Source: a virus. From it: DNA of 64,000 nucleotides. Shown piece after piece: positions 48,989 through 57,767 of the stretch. The notes under the pieces were generated by a model. That model did not search any database. It saw nothing but the letters and a program-made list of their open reading frames with translations, and was not told where the DNA came from. The DNA lies in IMG/VR virus record IMGVR_UViG_3300042549_007727. The stretch is one strand, 5' to 3'. Numbering within the stretch: position 1 is the first letter of the stretch; each line of letters begins with the position of its first letter. The position numbers and the translations under genes were made by a program.

Positions 48989-50398
48989 ATGGGTAAAAGT
49001 CTTATGGAGCAGCTAGCTCTTCTTTCTGAAGAAGAGCGTTTAGAGGCGCTCTCAGATATTGATCCAGATTCTCTTATATGGGATTGGACTGTCTGGGCTC
49101 GCCCGGAGCAGGTAGCCCCGCCGGGAGTTGATTGGAACATCTGGCTTGTTATGGCAGGTCGTGGTTTTGGTAAGACCCGACTAGCGGCAGAATGGGTTCG
49201 CGAACAGGCAAAGTACACAAACACCGGACAGCGACGTTTTGCACTTGTTGCCCGTACCGCAGCCGACGTACGCGACGTTATTGTTGAAGGTGAGTCGGGA
49301 ATTATTAACGTATCCGCTCCCTCCGAGAGACCTCTCTACGAACCTTCAAAGCGTCGCCTAACTTGGCCTAACGGAAACACTGCCACGCTATTTACCGCGG
49401 ATGAGCCTGACGGTTTGCGTGGTCCTCAGTTCACTCACGCATGGGGTGATGAGATTGCTGCTTGGAGGCAGACCCCTGACGCTGCAGGTATGACCGCCTT
49501 TGATAACCTCCGAGTTGGTACTCGTCTTGGTGCAAACCCGCAGATGGTCGTGACTACCACCCCCAAGCGTGTTCCGCTTCTATACAAACTTATTGAAGAG
49601 TCCAGAACTGACAAAGGTAACGTAATTATTACCAAGGGTTCTACCATGGACAACGCTGGAAACCTTTCGGCCTCATATCTTGACACTATTACCGGCGTTT
49701 ACGAAGGTACAACTCTTGCACGCCAGGAGCTTTATGGAGAGATGCTAGAGGACCTCGAAGGATCTATGTGGAACGAAGAGATGGTTGAAGAAGCTAGACA
49801 TGCTATGTACCCATTCTCCACTCCTCTAAGAGTGATTGGAGTGGACCCTTCTGTTGCTGAAAACCCTCGCGATGAGTGTGGAATTGTAGTTGTTGCATCT
49901 ACTGCAGATTACGATCTATATAAGCGCGAAGCTTGGGTGCTAGAAGACGCGTCTGTCCTTGGATCCCCAGATACTTGGGCACGTAAAGTCGTTGAGATGG
50001 CACGCAAGTGGGGCTGCCCAGTTGTAGCCGAAGTAAACCAAGGTGGAGCCCTAGTTAGAAACGCAATTCTTTCAATCGACCCGACTATTAAAGTTCTAGA
50101 AGTCCACTCAAAGCACGGTAAGCAGCTCCGCGCTGAGCCAATCGTCCTTGCTTACGAGCAAAAGCGCGTTCATCACGTTGGATATCTCCAAGATTTAGAG
50201 TCTCAAATGTATTCTTGGATTCCTGGAGAAGGAAAATCTCCTGACCGTATCGATGCACTAGTTCACGCACTTACTGCTTTGCTAATTAAACCACCACCAG
50301 GATTTAGTGGAGGAAAAATTAGAGCAAAATCCCTCAGCGACCGTAAAATACCGGGAGTATCGCCCTCTAGAAGCTCAAAAATATTTAGGGTCAGATAG
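48989..50398 (+). CDS. terL: Terminase large subunit
   Basis: AGRGFGKT Walker A, LRGPQF..AW.DE Walker B, TTTP, GVDP, SPDR.DA nuclease motifs. Confidence 0.95.
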   Translation: MGKSLMEQLALLSEEERLEALSDIDPDSLIWDWTVWARPEQVAPPGVDWNIWLVMAGRGFGKTRLAAEWVREQAKYTNTGQRRFALVARTAADVRDVIVEGESGIINVSAPSERPLYEPSKRRLTWPNGNTATLFTADEPDGLRGPQFTHAWGDEIAAWRQTPDAAGMTAFDNLRVGTRLGANPQMVVTTTPKRVPLLYKLIEESRTDKGNVIITKGSTMDNAGNLSASYLDTITGVYEGTTLARQELYGEMLEDLEGSMWNEEMVEEARHAMYPFSTPLRVIGVDPSVAENPRDECGIVVVASTADYDLYKREAWVLEDASVLGSPDTWARKVVEMARKWGCPVVAEVNQGGALVRNAILSIDPTIKVLEVHSKHGKQLRAEPIVLAYEQKRVHHVGYLQDLESQMYSWIPGEGKSPDRIDALVHALTALLIKPPPGFSGGKIRAKSLSDRKIPGVSPSRSSKIFRVR

Positions 50399-50401
50399 AA
50401 T

Positions 50402-50770
50402 ATGGATAAAATAGTCCTAGATAGGTTTCCTTGCCACTTAATAGCTGTTCCCGCTGGCTTTACAGAAGATATTTCTACTTTAAATTCGTACGATCCGACT
50501 CCAGGGGCCGCATATTTAGAAATAACTAGAGTTATTCTGACCGAAAAAGCAATAATGGTTGCGAAAGATAGCCAGGAAGGCCCGCAAATTGTCTTCCAAG
50601 AGCGCTATTCAGAGGCAGATGTGTCAAAAGATCCCTCAAAAGACACTAGAATTACCACGGAAAGCGGAAAAATGCTGGTTTTTAAGAAAGATACGGCTTG
50701 CGGGTGCGGATCTAGACTTAGAGGCTGGAACCCCTATAAAACTCTAAATTCAAGCAAAGATCGGTTCTAA
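50402..50770 (+). CDS. Hypothetical protein
   Basis: Between terL and portal; CGCGSRL. Confidence 0.65.
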   Translation: MDKIVLDRFPCHLIAVPAGFTEDISTLNSYDPTPGAAYLEITRVILTEKAIMVAKDSQEGPQIVFQERYSEADVSKDPSKDTRITTESGKMLVFKKDTACGCGSRLRGWNPYKTLNSSKDRF

Positions 50771-51073
50771 ATGATTGATATTTTAATAAATCAGCCCTTT
50801 TTACTAGTAATTTTGTCTCTCGCGGGATTTAGAATTACTCGACTCGTGACTCAGGACACAATTACCGAACCATTTAGAAATGCAATCTGGAAAAAATTTC
50901 CACCTAGTACTCAAATTGGATATCTTTTTACATGTAACTGGTGCACAGGTTTTTGGGTAGCGCTTTTAGTTTTTATTTTTTGGGTAGTCGCTCCTGAAGC
51001 CGCGATTGTGGTATCATTAGTCTTGTCTATATCTACAATAATTGGACTTATATCCGCTTGGACTGAGCGTTAA
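50771..51073 (+). CDS. DUF1360-like membrane protein
   Basis: FRITRLV..D.I.EP.R...L.TC.WC..FW. Confidence 0.75.
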   Translation: MIDILINQPFLLVILSLAGFRITRLVTQDTITEPFRNAIWKKFPPSTQIGYLFTCNWCTGFWVALLVFIFWVVAPEAAIVVSLVLSISTIIGLISAWTER

Positions 51074-51087
51074 GGCAGGGAGCCCCT

Positions 51088-52836
51088 TTGGGTATTTTTA
51101 AGAAAGAGCCTCAGAAGCAAACTAGAACATCTAGTGGTGCTCCTCGCGCGACTGCTCCAAAGAATGCAACCAGAGTTGCCCCTGGAGTTTCTATAGACTC
51201 TTTTGGAGTCGTCTACGCCGAAGCACAAAACTTCAACACACCTAGACCTCTTACTGCTGCCGCGGCTCAGGTAAATCTAAATGACAAAGGTGAAGCAGAG
51301 CAGTTTAAATCTCGTAGACAATCAGCATCTTCATCTTGGCAGACAGAGGCCTGGGAATACTACGATGCTATCGGAGAAGTTAAATATGCTTTCAACCTAG
51401 TTGCGTCTGTTGTTTCTCGTATTCGTCTGTACGCAGCTGCAGTCCAAAATCCAGCTGAAGCCCCAGCTCCAATTCTTTCTGTAGACAAAGTGGATGAGAG
51501 ACTAGCTGCCGCTGCACAACGCGCACTAGAAAGACTAGATTCCGCATTCGGTGGTCAGGCAGGTCTTTTGAAAGACGCTGCACTAAATCTTCAAGTGACT
51601 GGTGAGTGCTACTTAGTTCAGATGCCAGAGAGACTTGGATCGGGTCTTCCAGAAAGCTGGGACATTCGTTCAGTTGATGAGCTTCAGGTTGACTCTAAAG
51701 GCAACTACGTAATTAATCAGAGTAGAGACGTCGGTAATGGAAATAGCATGATGTCTTCTCGCAATAATAAAGACATAATTAAACTTCCAAATTCTGCGTT
51801 TGTCGGAAGAATTTGGCGAGCACACCCTCGCTACACGCAAGAGTCGGACTCTTCACTACGCGGTCTACTAGATCTTTGCGCTGAGCTACTACTTCTAAAC
51901 CGCACCTTCCGTGCAACTGCACGTTCACGCTTGAACGCTGGTGCTCTTTACTTGCCAGACGGTCTTTCAGTAGCTGCGTCTCCAGACCCAGACTACCCAT
52001 ACGACGAAGACGGTAACTACAACGAGCAGTACAACCCGGAAGAGTCCGCTGACGACTTCGAAGATCAGCTAATCGACGCGATGACTACTCCGATTAAGGA
52101 TGAGGACTCAGCGTCTGCTGTTGTTCCACTGATTATTCGTGGTCCTGCAGAACTTGGTGACAAGATTAAGCAGTTCAAGTTCGAGCGTTCATTCGATCCA
52201 GCGCTTTCTGAAAGAAGCGACCGCGTACTAGAGCGAATCATGCAGGGTCTAGACGTTCCTAAGGACGTTGTAACTGGCCTAGCAAACGTTAAGTACTCTA
52301 ACGCTCTACAGATTGACGAAGCACTCTACAAGGCACACATCGAGCCTCTAATGCTTTTGATTGTTGACGCTCTTACTGTTATGTACTTGCGCCCATATCT
52401 AATTGCTAACGGCTACCCAGAAGAACAAGTAAAAAACATTTGCGTTTGGTATGACCCGTCTCTAGTTGCTACCCGCAATGACCGCGCAGCTGATGCTGAC
52501 TCTGGTTTTGAAAAGATGGCAGTTAGCTATGACACATGGCGCAGAGCTCATGGATTCTCCGAGTCCGATGCCCCAGACCCAACCGAGTTTGCACTAAGAC
52601 TTGTACTACAAAAGGGAATGATCACACCTGAGCTTACAGAGTCTATGCTCGCTAGTATTTCTCCAGAAATAATGGGAAAGATTAGAGATCAGGCTATGCA
52701 AAATAGCGGAGCAGCTATTCCGCCCGAAATTGACCAAATTCTTAGCGGAGATACAGTCTCTCCAACGCCGGAAGCAGATGCTGCCGAAGCTCCACCAGCC
52801 GAGCCCGCGGCACCACTAGCAGAACCAGAGGTATAG
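51088..52836 (+). CDS. Portal protein
   Basis: Position after terL; WQ.EAW.YYD.IGE, RIWR.HP, SAVVP..IRGP motifs of actinophage portals. Confidence 0.8.
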   Translation: MGIFKKEPQKQTRTSSGAPRATAPKNATRVAPGVSIDSFGVVYAEAQNFNTPRPLTAAAAQVNLNDKGEAEQFKSRRQSASSSWQTEAWEYYDAIGEVKYAFNLVASVVSRIRLYAAAVQNPAEAPAPILSVDKVDERLAAAAQRALERLDSAFGGQAGLLKDAALNLQVTGECYLVQMPERLGSGLPESWDIRSVDELQVDSKGNYVINQSRDVGNGNSMMSSRNNKDIIKLPNSAFVGRIWRAHPRYTQESDSSLRGLLDLCAELLLLNRTFRATARSRLNAGALYLPDGLSVAASPDPDYPYDEDGNYNEQYNPEESADDFEDQLIDAMTTPIKDEDSASAVVPLIIRGPAELGDKIKQFKFERSFDPALSERSDRVLERIMQGLDVPKDVVTGLANVKYSNALQIDEALYKAHIEPLMLLIVDALTVMYLRPYLIANGYPEEQVKNICVWYDPSLVATRNDRAADADSGFEKMAVSYDTWRRAHGFSESDAPDPTEFALRLVLQKGMITPELTESMLASISPEIMGKIRDQAMQNSGAAIPPEIDQILSGDTVSPTPEADAAEAPPAEPAAPLAEPEV

Positions 52837-52839
52837 AAA

Positions 52840-53295
52840 ATGCATTACGACAAAACAGAGATGGCTAAAAAACTGGCAGAGCTACTGTCTGAAGTAGTTA
52901 CTGCAAAGTTCATAATGCAGGGCTACCACTGGAACGTACTTGGCCCAGACTTCGGTGAGTACCACGAGTTCTTTGGCGAACTTTACGAGGACCTAGAGTC
53001 ATCTGTTGACCCAATCGCAGAGAATATTCTTAAGATTGGTTACCCAGCTCCGTACTTACTGTCCGACTTTTGCGAACTGTCAAAGATTCAAGAAGCTAGA
53101 CAAGATGGTTCATCTTCTAGATTCCTACTAGAGTCCGCTCTAAGAGTAAACCAGTGCGTACTTGATTCTTTGATGGAGGCTTTTGTTTGTGCAGAGTCCT
53201 GCAGCGAGCAAGGTCTTATGGACTTTTTAGCGGGACGTATTGACACCCACAAAAAGTGGAACTGGCAAATTAAGGCCTTCCTAGGAGTTCGCTAA
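52840..53295 (+). CDS. dps: Dps/ferritin-like DNA-protecting protein
   Basis: HWNV.GP.F...HEFF.ELY......D..AE; HKK..W. Confidence 0.88.
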   Translation: MHYDKTEMAKKLAELLSEVVTAKFIMQGYHWNVLGPDFGEYHEFFGELYEDLESSVDPIAENILKIGYPAPYLLSDFCELSKIQEARQDGSSSRFLLESALRVNQCVLDSLMEAFVCAESCSEQGLMDFLAGRIDTHKKWNWQIKAFLGVR

Positions 53296-54599
53296 TGTCT
53301 GAGTATCTACAAAGCGTTCTTAAAGCTGCAGGTGGCCATGCCGCTCCTGTAGAAAACCTAAAAGAAAAAGACATTCGTGCTTCCCTAGAGGCAGCCGGAA
53401 TGCTTGTACCAGAAGAGCAAGACCTTGCCGATGCGCTACTAGAGATTGTAGAGAAGCATGGAAAATTTAACGACGACAACACTGGCGTTTGGGCTGGCTA
53501 TACTTCTGCTAAAGAGAATGCAGAAAACGCAGAGATTGGCGTTAAGTGCGGCAACTGTGTTTTCTGGCAAGCACCTAACGGATGTCAGATTATTGTTGCT
53601 GAGGTAGAGGAAGGCGGCCTATGTCGTTTTGCTGTGCTCCCAGACGGATCTGTAACTCCTGGTTCCTCTACTCCTAGCGAGGAAGATGAATCCAAAGAGC
53701 CTGTAGAAAAATATTTCTCTAAGGAGCCAAAGCTAATTCAAGACCTACTAAAGTCTGCAATTAGCGAAACAGAGGACGAGTACTCAGACGAGTATCTAGA
53801 TATCTATGACCTAACTCCAACACAAGAGACCGTCGATTCTTCAAACTTCAAAGAAGCTGCTGACTATGAAAAGCCAGTAGTAGTTTACAGAGATGACTCT
53901 GGAATGTATCTTGTTGATGGACACCACAGGTGCGCTACTAAAGTAAAAAACGGTGGCAGTGGGATTAAGGCAAAAGTATATAAACAGCTATCGCTAATAG
54001 CGGCAGCCGAGTCTGAAGCTAACCTTAAAAAAGATGCAGATGACCCTTGCTGGTCCGGATACGTCCAGGTTGGAATGAAAAAGAAGAACGGTAAGCGCGT
54101 ACCTAACTGCGTACCGTCAGCTGCCACAATTAACATGCTTGTAGATGACTTTAACTCTCAGTTTGGGTCCGCTCGTCATATTACTAAAGAAGCTGCCTAT
54201 TCAGTAGCCCGAAGTGCCCTTGAAAGGTACAGCGACTTGTCTGACGAGGAAATATACTCTGCCATCCTGTGGGAGCTACACGCTTTCGCTGAGTACGCTA
54301 CTTCAGGCTCTGTGGAAGACGTCTCAGATGACTTCTCCGAGTACGCAGGGTTGACAGCTGAAGGCCACCCAGGCAGGCAGTCTTCCATAGTGGCAGCTGC
54401 AACATGGATTGCCGGTGCTTCCGAGCTGTCCGAATCTTCTAGAGATGCAATAGCAAATGCCTTTAATGACGAGCTAGACCAAGTAGATTCTTTGCATGCA
54501 GCAACTAGAGTCCGTGCTCTTATTTCTAGTGGAGCGCTATCTGATAGCACTCTAGCTCAAATAAAAGCCTTACCAGAAAAATACCCTAAAGTCAGCTAA
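53295..54599 (+). CDS. Mosaic head-region protein: HiPIP-like Cys cluster, ParB/Srx-like domain and CW.GY..VG..K..VPNCVP motif
   Basis: CGNC-x8-C-x11-C; LTPTQ...LVDGHHR; CWSGYVQVGMKKKNGKRVPNCVP. Confidence 0.6.
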   Translation: MSEYLQSVLKAAGGHAAPVENLKEKDIRASLEAAGMLVPEEQDLADALLEIVEKHGKFNDDNTGVWAGYTSAKENAENAEIGVKCGNCVFWQAPNGCQIIVAEVEEGGLCRFAVLPDGSVTPGSSTPSEEDESKEPVEKYFSKEPKLIQDLLKSAISETEDEYSDEYLDIYDLTPTQETVDSSNFKEAADYEKPVVVYRDDSGMYLVDGHHRCATKVKNGGSGIKAKVYKQLSLIAAAESEANLKKDADDPCWSGYVQVGMKKKNGKRVPNCVPSAATINMLVDDFNSQFGSARHITKEAAYSVARSALERYSDLSDEEIYSAILWELHAFAEYATSGSVEDVSDDFSEYAGLTAEGHPGRQSSIVAAATWIAGASELSESSRDAIANAFNDELDQVDSLHAATRVRALISSGALSDSTLAQIKALPEKYPKVS

Positions 54600-54656
54600 A
54601 TATTATTAGGGTAAAATTTTAGTTAGCTCTATAATTTTATTCGCAGAGGACCCTTA

Positions 54657-57600
54657 ATGCTCGACGGCAAAAACCCTGAATTCGAACCGATTATTTCTAG
54701 TATCGGATTTAACGATGGAGCTAACAAAGGCTTCTGGAGAATCCAGCCACGTGACGACGAAGGTCAGTGGATCGAGATGGGCGCGGACGTATTGTTCCGC
54801 TTTCGTACCGGAAGCGGTAACTTAGTTGTTGCTACTGAGCGTGGAGTTTATGTAGGACCTGGCGGTCGTCCTGGAATGGCCCGAGTCTTAATTTCAAAAG
54901 ACACCGAGTCTGGACTAAAGGCTGGCGTCTATCAAGTAGAGTCAAGAAACTTGCAGCAGTTCAAGGCAATTATTCCAAACGCTAAATCTAAAGCGGGTGC
55001 GCCAGCGGCTAGAAAAGACAAGTTCGGTAAGCCAGTAAGAACTCTAGAAGATTCCAAACTACCAGCGCTACAAGATTTGCTTTCTGGTTCTCAAGAAATT
55101 ACAGAAGAAGATCGTCGTCTAGCTCAGGGTGATCTAACTCCAGAAGAGCGCGAAGCCGAGCAGGATGGAAGACAGAAGTCTCCAGTTGCAGATTTGCCAG
55201 CTGGTTTCGAATCTGAAAACCCAGAGGAAGTAAAGAAACTTCTCCGTGAGTCAGGTGTTGATCCAGACGAGTTTGACAAAAATACTAGCCCTAGTTTTGA
55301 ACAAGATCCAGAGCTAGCAAAGAAGGCTCAGGAAGCTACTAAAGGCCAACTACTAAGAAAAGAAAAGCCTACAGCTTATGGTCGCGGCAACACTAAAGAC
55401 TTCTCTGAGCTACCAGACGGCACCGTTTTAGATGAATATCAGAGAGCTCAGTTCTACCCATCCCTCGACAGCTACACCGGACCGTTTGGCCCAGTGTGGC
55501 GTCAAATAATTAAAAAAGATGGTAAATGGTTTTTACGCGGTAAAGATGGGAAACCAAAAGGTGCTGCACTAAAAAGAGCAGACTTAATTGCCAGACTCAA
55601 TAGCGGAACTTTAGCTGACACCGGTGCTGGCTCTAAGATCGATGAAAATGGAAATCAAGTCGCCGCTTGGGCAGACGAAGTCGGTCAGCTAACTCCTTCA
55701 GAGATAGCTAACTCCGACCCGGCCGATGATGTAGTTAAAGACTTAATGGCAGATGTGGCTTTTGACGGCGACACTACTCCAGATCTAGATTCAGTTCTTA
55801 AAAAGCAGGAAGCTTTAATATCTTTTAGAGAAACCGCTAAGACTCAAAAAGTCCCTTTTGATCTTGACCGTGGAGATATTGTTTTAGGTGAAGACGGATC
55901 AGAAAAAACAATTCTAGATGTTGAATTAGGAAACGCTGCCACCGGAGTTCCAGCTAAGGTTAGAGTACAGAACTCTGACGGAAGCATCGAAGAGCTTTCC
56001 GTAAGCATGAGGGACAAATTAAATATTGCAACTGGACGGCGTGGACAGATAAAGCGTCCGCAAGCCCCGGCCTCTAGACCCGAAGCACCTACTCCGGAAG
56101 TAACTGCCCCGGAGGCCCCGAGAGTAGATCCTGAAACTGTAGAGCCTGGAGAGATGGCCCCTGAAGACGGTTTAACTGTTGTCATGACCCCAGATGGTCT
56201 AGCCCCGGCCAACTTCCCGCCTGAAGATCGACTAGATGACGGCTCTAACTTTGATCTCCCTACGCTAACAGACGAAGAGTTGGCTGCAGCTCGAGGAATG
56301 AGCTTGTCACCTCTTCTAGATCCTGATGGCACTCCTGCAAAATACGTTGACGAAAATGGCAATCTTGTAGACGCAGAAGATCCTTTTGCGATGTTAGCTG
56401 CTCTTGCTAAGGCGTTCCCTAACGCTAAATTTGCTCCTGACGGCTCACTAATTTTGCACCGCCAAGTAGATACAAAGAGCGGAAAGATTTTTGAGCTCCG
56501 AGCCAGCAACTCCGGTAAGAGGGCTATCGTATACTCCTTCAGGTTCTACAATCCTGCAAACCCTGAAGACTATGTAGAGTATCAGCACAAAGACGATAGG
56601 CACTCGGTAACTGCACTATTTAGCGAGGCAAACGGTCCCGAAGGGCTATTGGACAGACTGCTCGGTAGGGTAGATCGAAAAGGAAAAAATTGGGGCCTAC
56701 CGGAAAACTTTAAATTCGGTAACACTAGGTATCAAAAATCTGACAGCTTATTTAAAAGATCCAGATGGTTTAGGTCTGGTACTGGTGACCGCAAAAAAAT
56801 GGAAGAAATTGGTGACAACGCCGTTCGTCTTGCTCAAGGTAGAGCCGCAGTTCTAGAAAAAGAAACCAAGAGAATTAAAAACAGCGCTATCCCGTCGCTA
56901 TGGGAGGCATTTGATGAACTATTTAAGTCGGGCCCAACAAGCGAAGAGCGAGATGTAGAGCTTAAAGACATGTTCTACCAAACCCTATACGGTGTCTTTG
57001 GAAGAATTCCACTTGGCGAAAAGTCTCATGCAAACGCTAGAAAAGCTATTCGTTCAGAATTTAGACGAAAGTTTCCTACTGCCAGCAAAAAAATGGAGCG
57101 CGCTTTTAACGGCTACGTAACTTCTGCGTCTGAGCGTATGCGCGGAATCTACAGAGGAACTGATCCTCAGGTTAGATCTATTAGATATGCATCTAAAGAT
57201 AGAACAAGAACTATTGAACGAGGCATGACTGTAGAGTACACCAACAACGTTGGGCAAACTTCTATAGTCAAGGTCACTGATTTAGTCGAGAACACTACTT
57301 CTAACCCCAACGATAGGGACTCGTACGACTACGGCGACAATGTTATTGTTACAGATGCTAACGGCCGGAAGATAAGAATAAATGCTATCAAGCTAAAAAT
57401 CATGCTGTCTCAGGGCACCCCTCTTACCGCATACAGACCTAATCTTCTAGGTGAAGAGCTGCGCCAGGCTAGAATTGACAGTGGACTTGCAGAGGCACCT
57501 AGCACTTCTCGACCTAGAAGAATTCCAGGTGCTGGCACTGTAATATCAGATCCGGCACCGCCTCCAATGCTTGTCGATGACTTTGTTGTAGGTGAGATGC

Positions 57601-57767
57601 TCTACAGTAAGTCAAATGGCGCTCCTCTTGGAATAATTAAAGCAATCAGACCGACTACTTCTCGTAATGGCACTCAGGGGCTAGCGTTCCTATACACATC
57701 GCCTGACGGTACCGAAAACCAGGTTGCTTACGCTTTAGGTACGGAAGTAACACCAAAAAAAGTTTAG
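54657..57767 (+). CDS. Large head-region (putative virion-internal) protein
   Basis: 1036 aa; N-terminal QPRDDEGQW motif; ends at an A7 slippery site. Confidence 0.7.
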   Translation: MLDGKNPEFEPIISSIGFNDGANKGFWRIQPRDDEGQWIEMGADVLFRFRTGSGNLVVATERGVYVGPGGRPGMARVLISKDTESGLKAGVYQVESRNLQQFKAIIPNAKSKAGAPAARKDKFGKPVRTLEDSKLPALQDLLSGSQEITEEDRRLAQGDLTPEEREAEQDGRQKSPVADLPAGFESENPEEVKKLLRESGVDPDEFDKNTSPSFEQDPELAKKAQEATKGQLLRKEKPTAYGRGNTKDFSELPDGTVLDEYQRAQFYPSLDSYTGPFGPVWRQIIKKDGKWFLRGKDGKPKGAALKRADLIARLNSGTLADTGAGSKIDENGNQVAAWADEVGQLTPSEIANSDPADDVVKDLMADVAFDGDTTPDLDSVLKKQEALISFRETAKTQKVPFDLDRGDIVLGEDGSEKTILDVELGNAATGVPAKVRVQNSDGSIEELSVSMRDKLNIATGRRGQIKRPQAPASRPEAPTPEVTAPEAPRVDPETVEPGEMAPEDGLTVVMTPDGLAPANFPPEDRLDDGSNFDLPTLTDEELAAARGMSLSPLLDPDGTPAKYVDENGNLVDAEDPFAMLAALAKAFPNAKFAPDGSLILHRQVDTKSGKIFELRASNSGKRAIVYSFRFYNPANPEDYVEYQHKDDRHSVTALFSEANGPEGLLDRLLGRVDRKGKNWGLPENFKFGNTRYQKSDSLFKRSRWFRSGTGDRKKMEEIGDNAVRLAQGRAAVLEKETKRIKNSAIPSLWEAFDELFKSGPTSEERDVELKDMFYQTLYGVFGRIPLGEKSHANARKAIRSEFRRKFPTASKKMERAFNGYVTSASERMRGIYRGTDPQVRSIRYASKDRTRTIERGMTVEYTNNVGQTSIVKVTDLVENTTSNPNDRDSYDYGDNVIVTDANGRKIRINAIKLKIMLSQGTPLTAYRPNLLGEELRQARIDSGLAEAPSTSRPRRIPGAGTVISDPAPPPMLVDDFVVGEMLYSKSNGAPLGIIKAIRPTTSRNGTQGLAFLYTSPDGTENQVAYALGTEVTPKKV

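Noticed and set aside
55844-56509. 221-aa minus-strand ORF
   Set aside because: Fully antisense to the 1036-aa gene, with no RBS or motif.
57765-57767. Stop-codon readthrough or genome-wide recoding
   Set aside because: The downstream coding frame is -1 rather than in-frame, and genes elsewhere are intact under the standard code.
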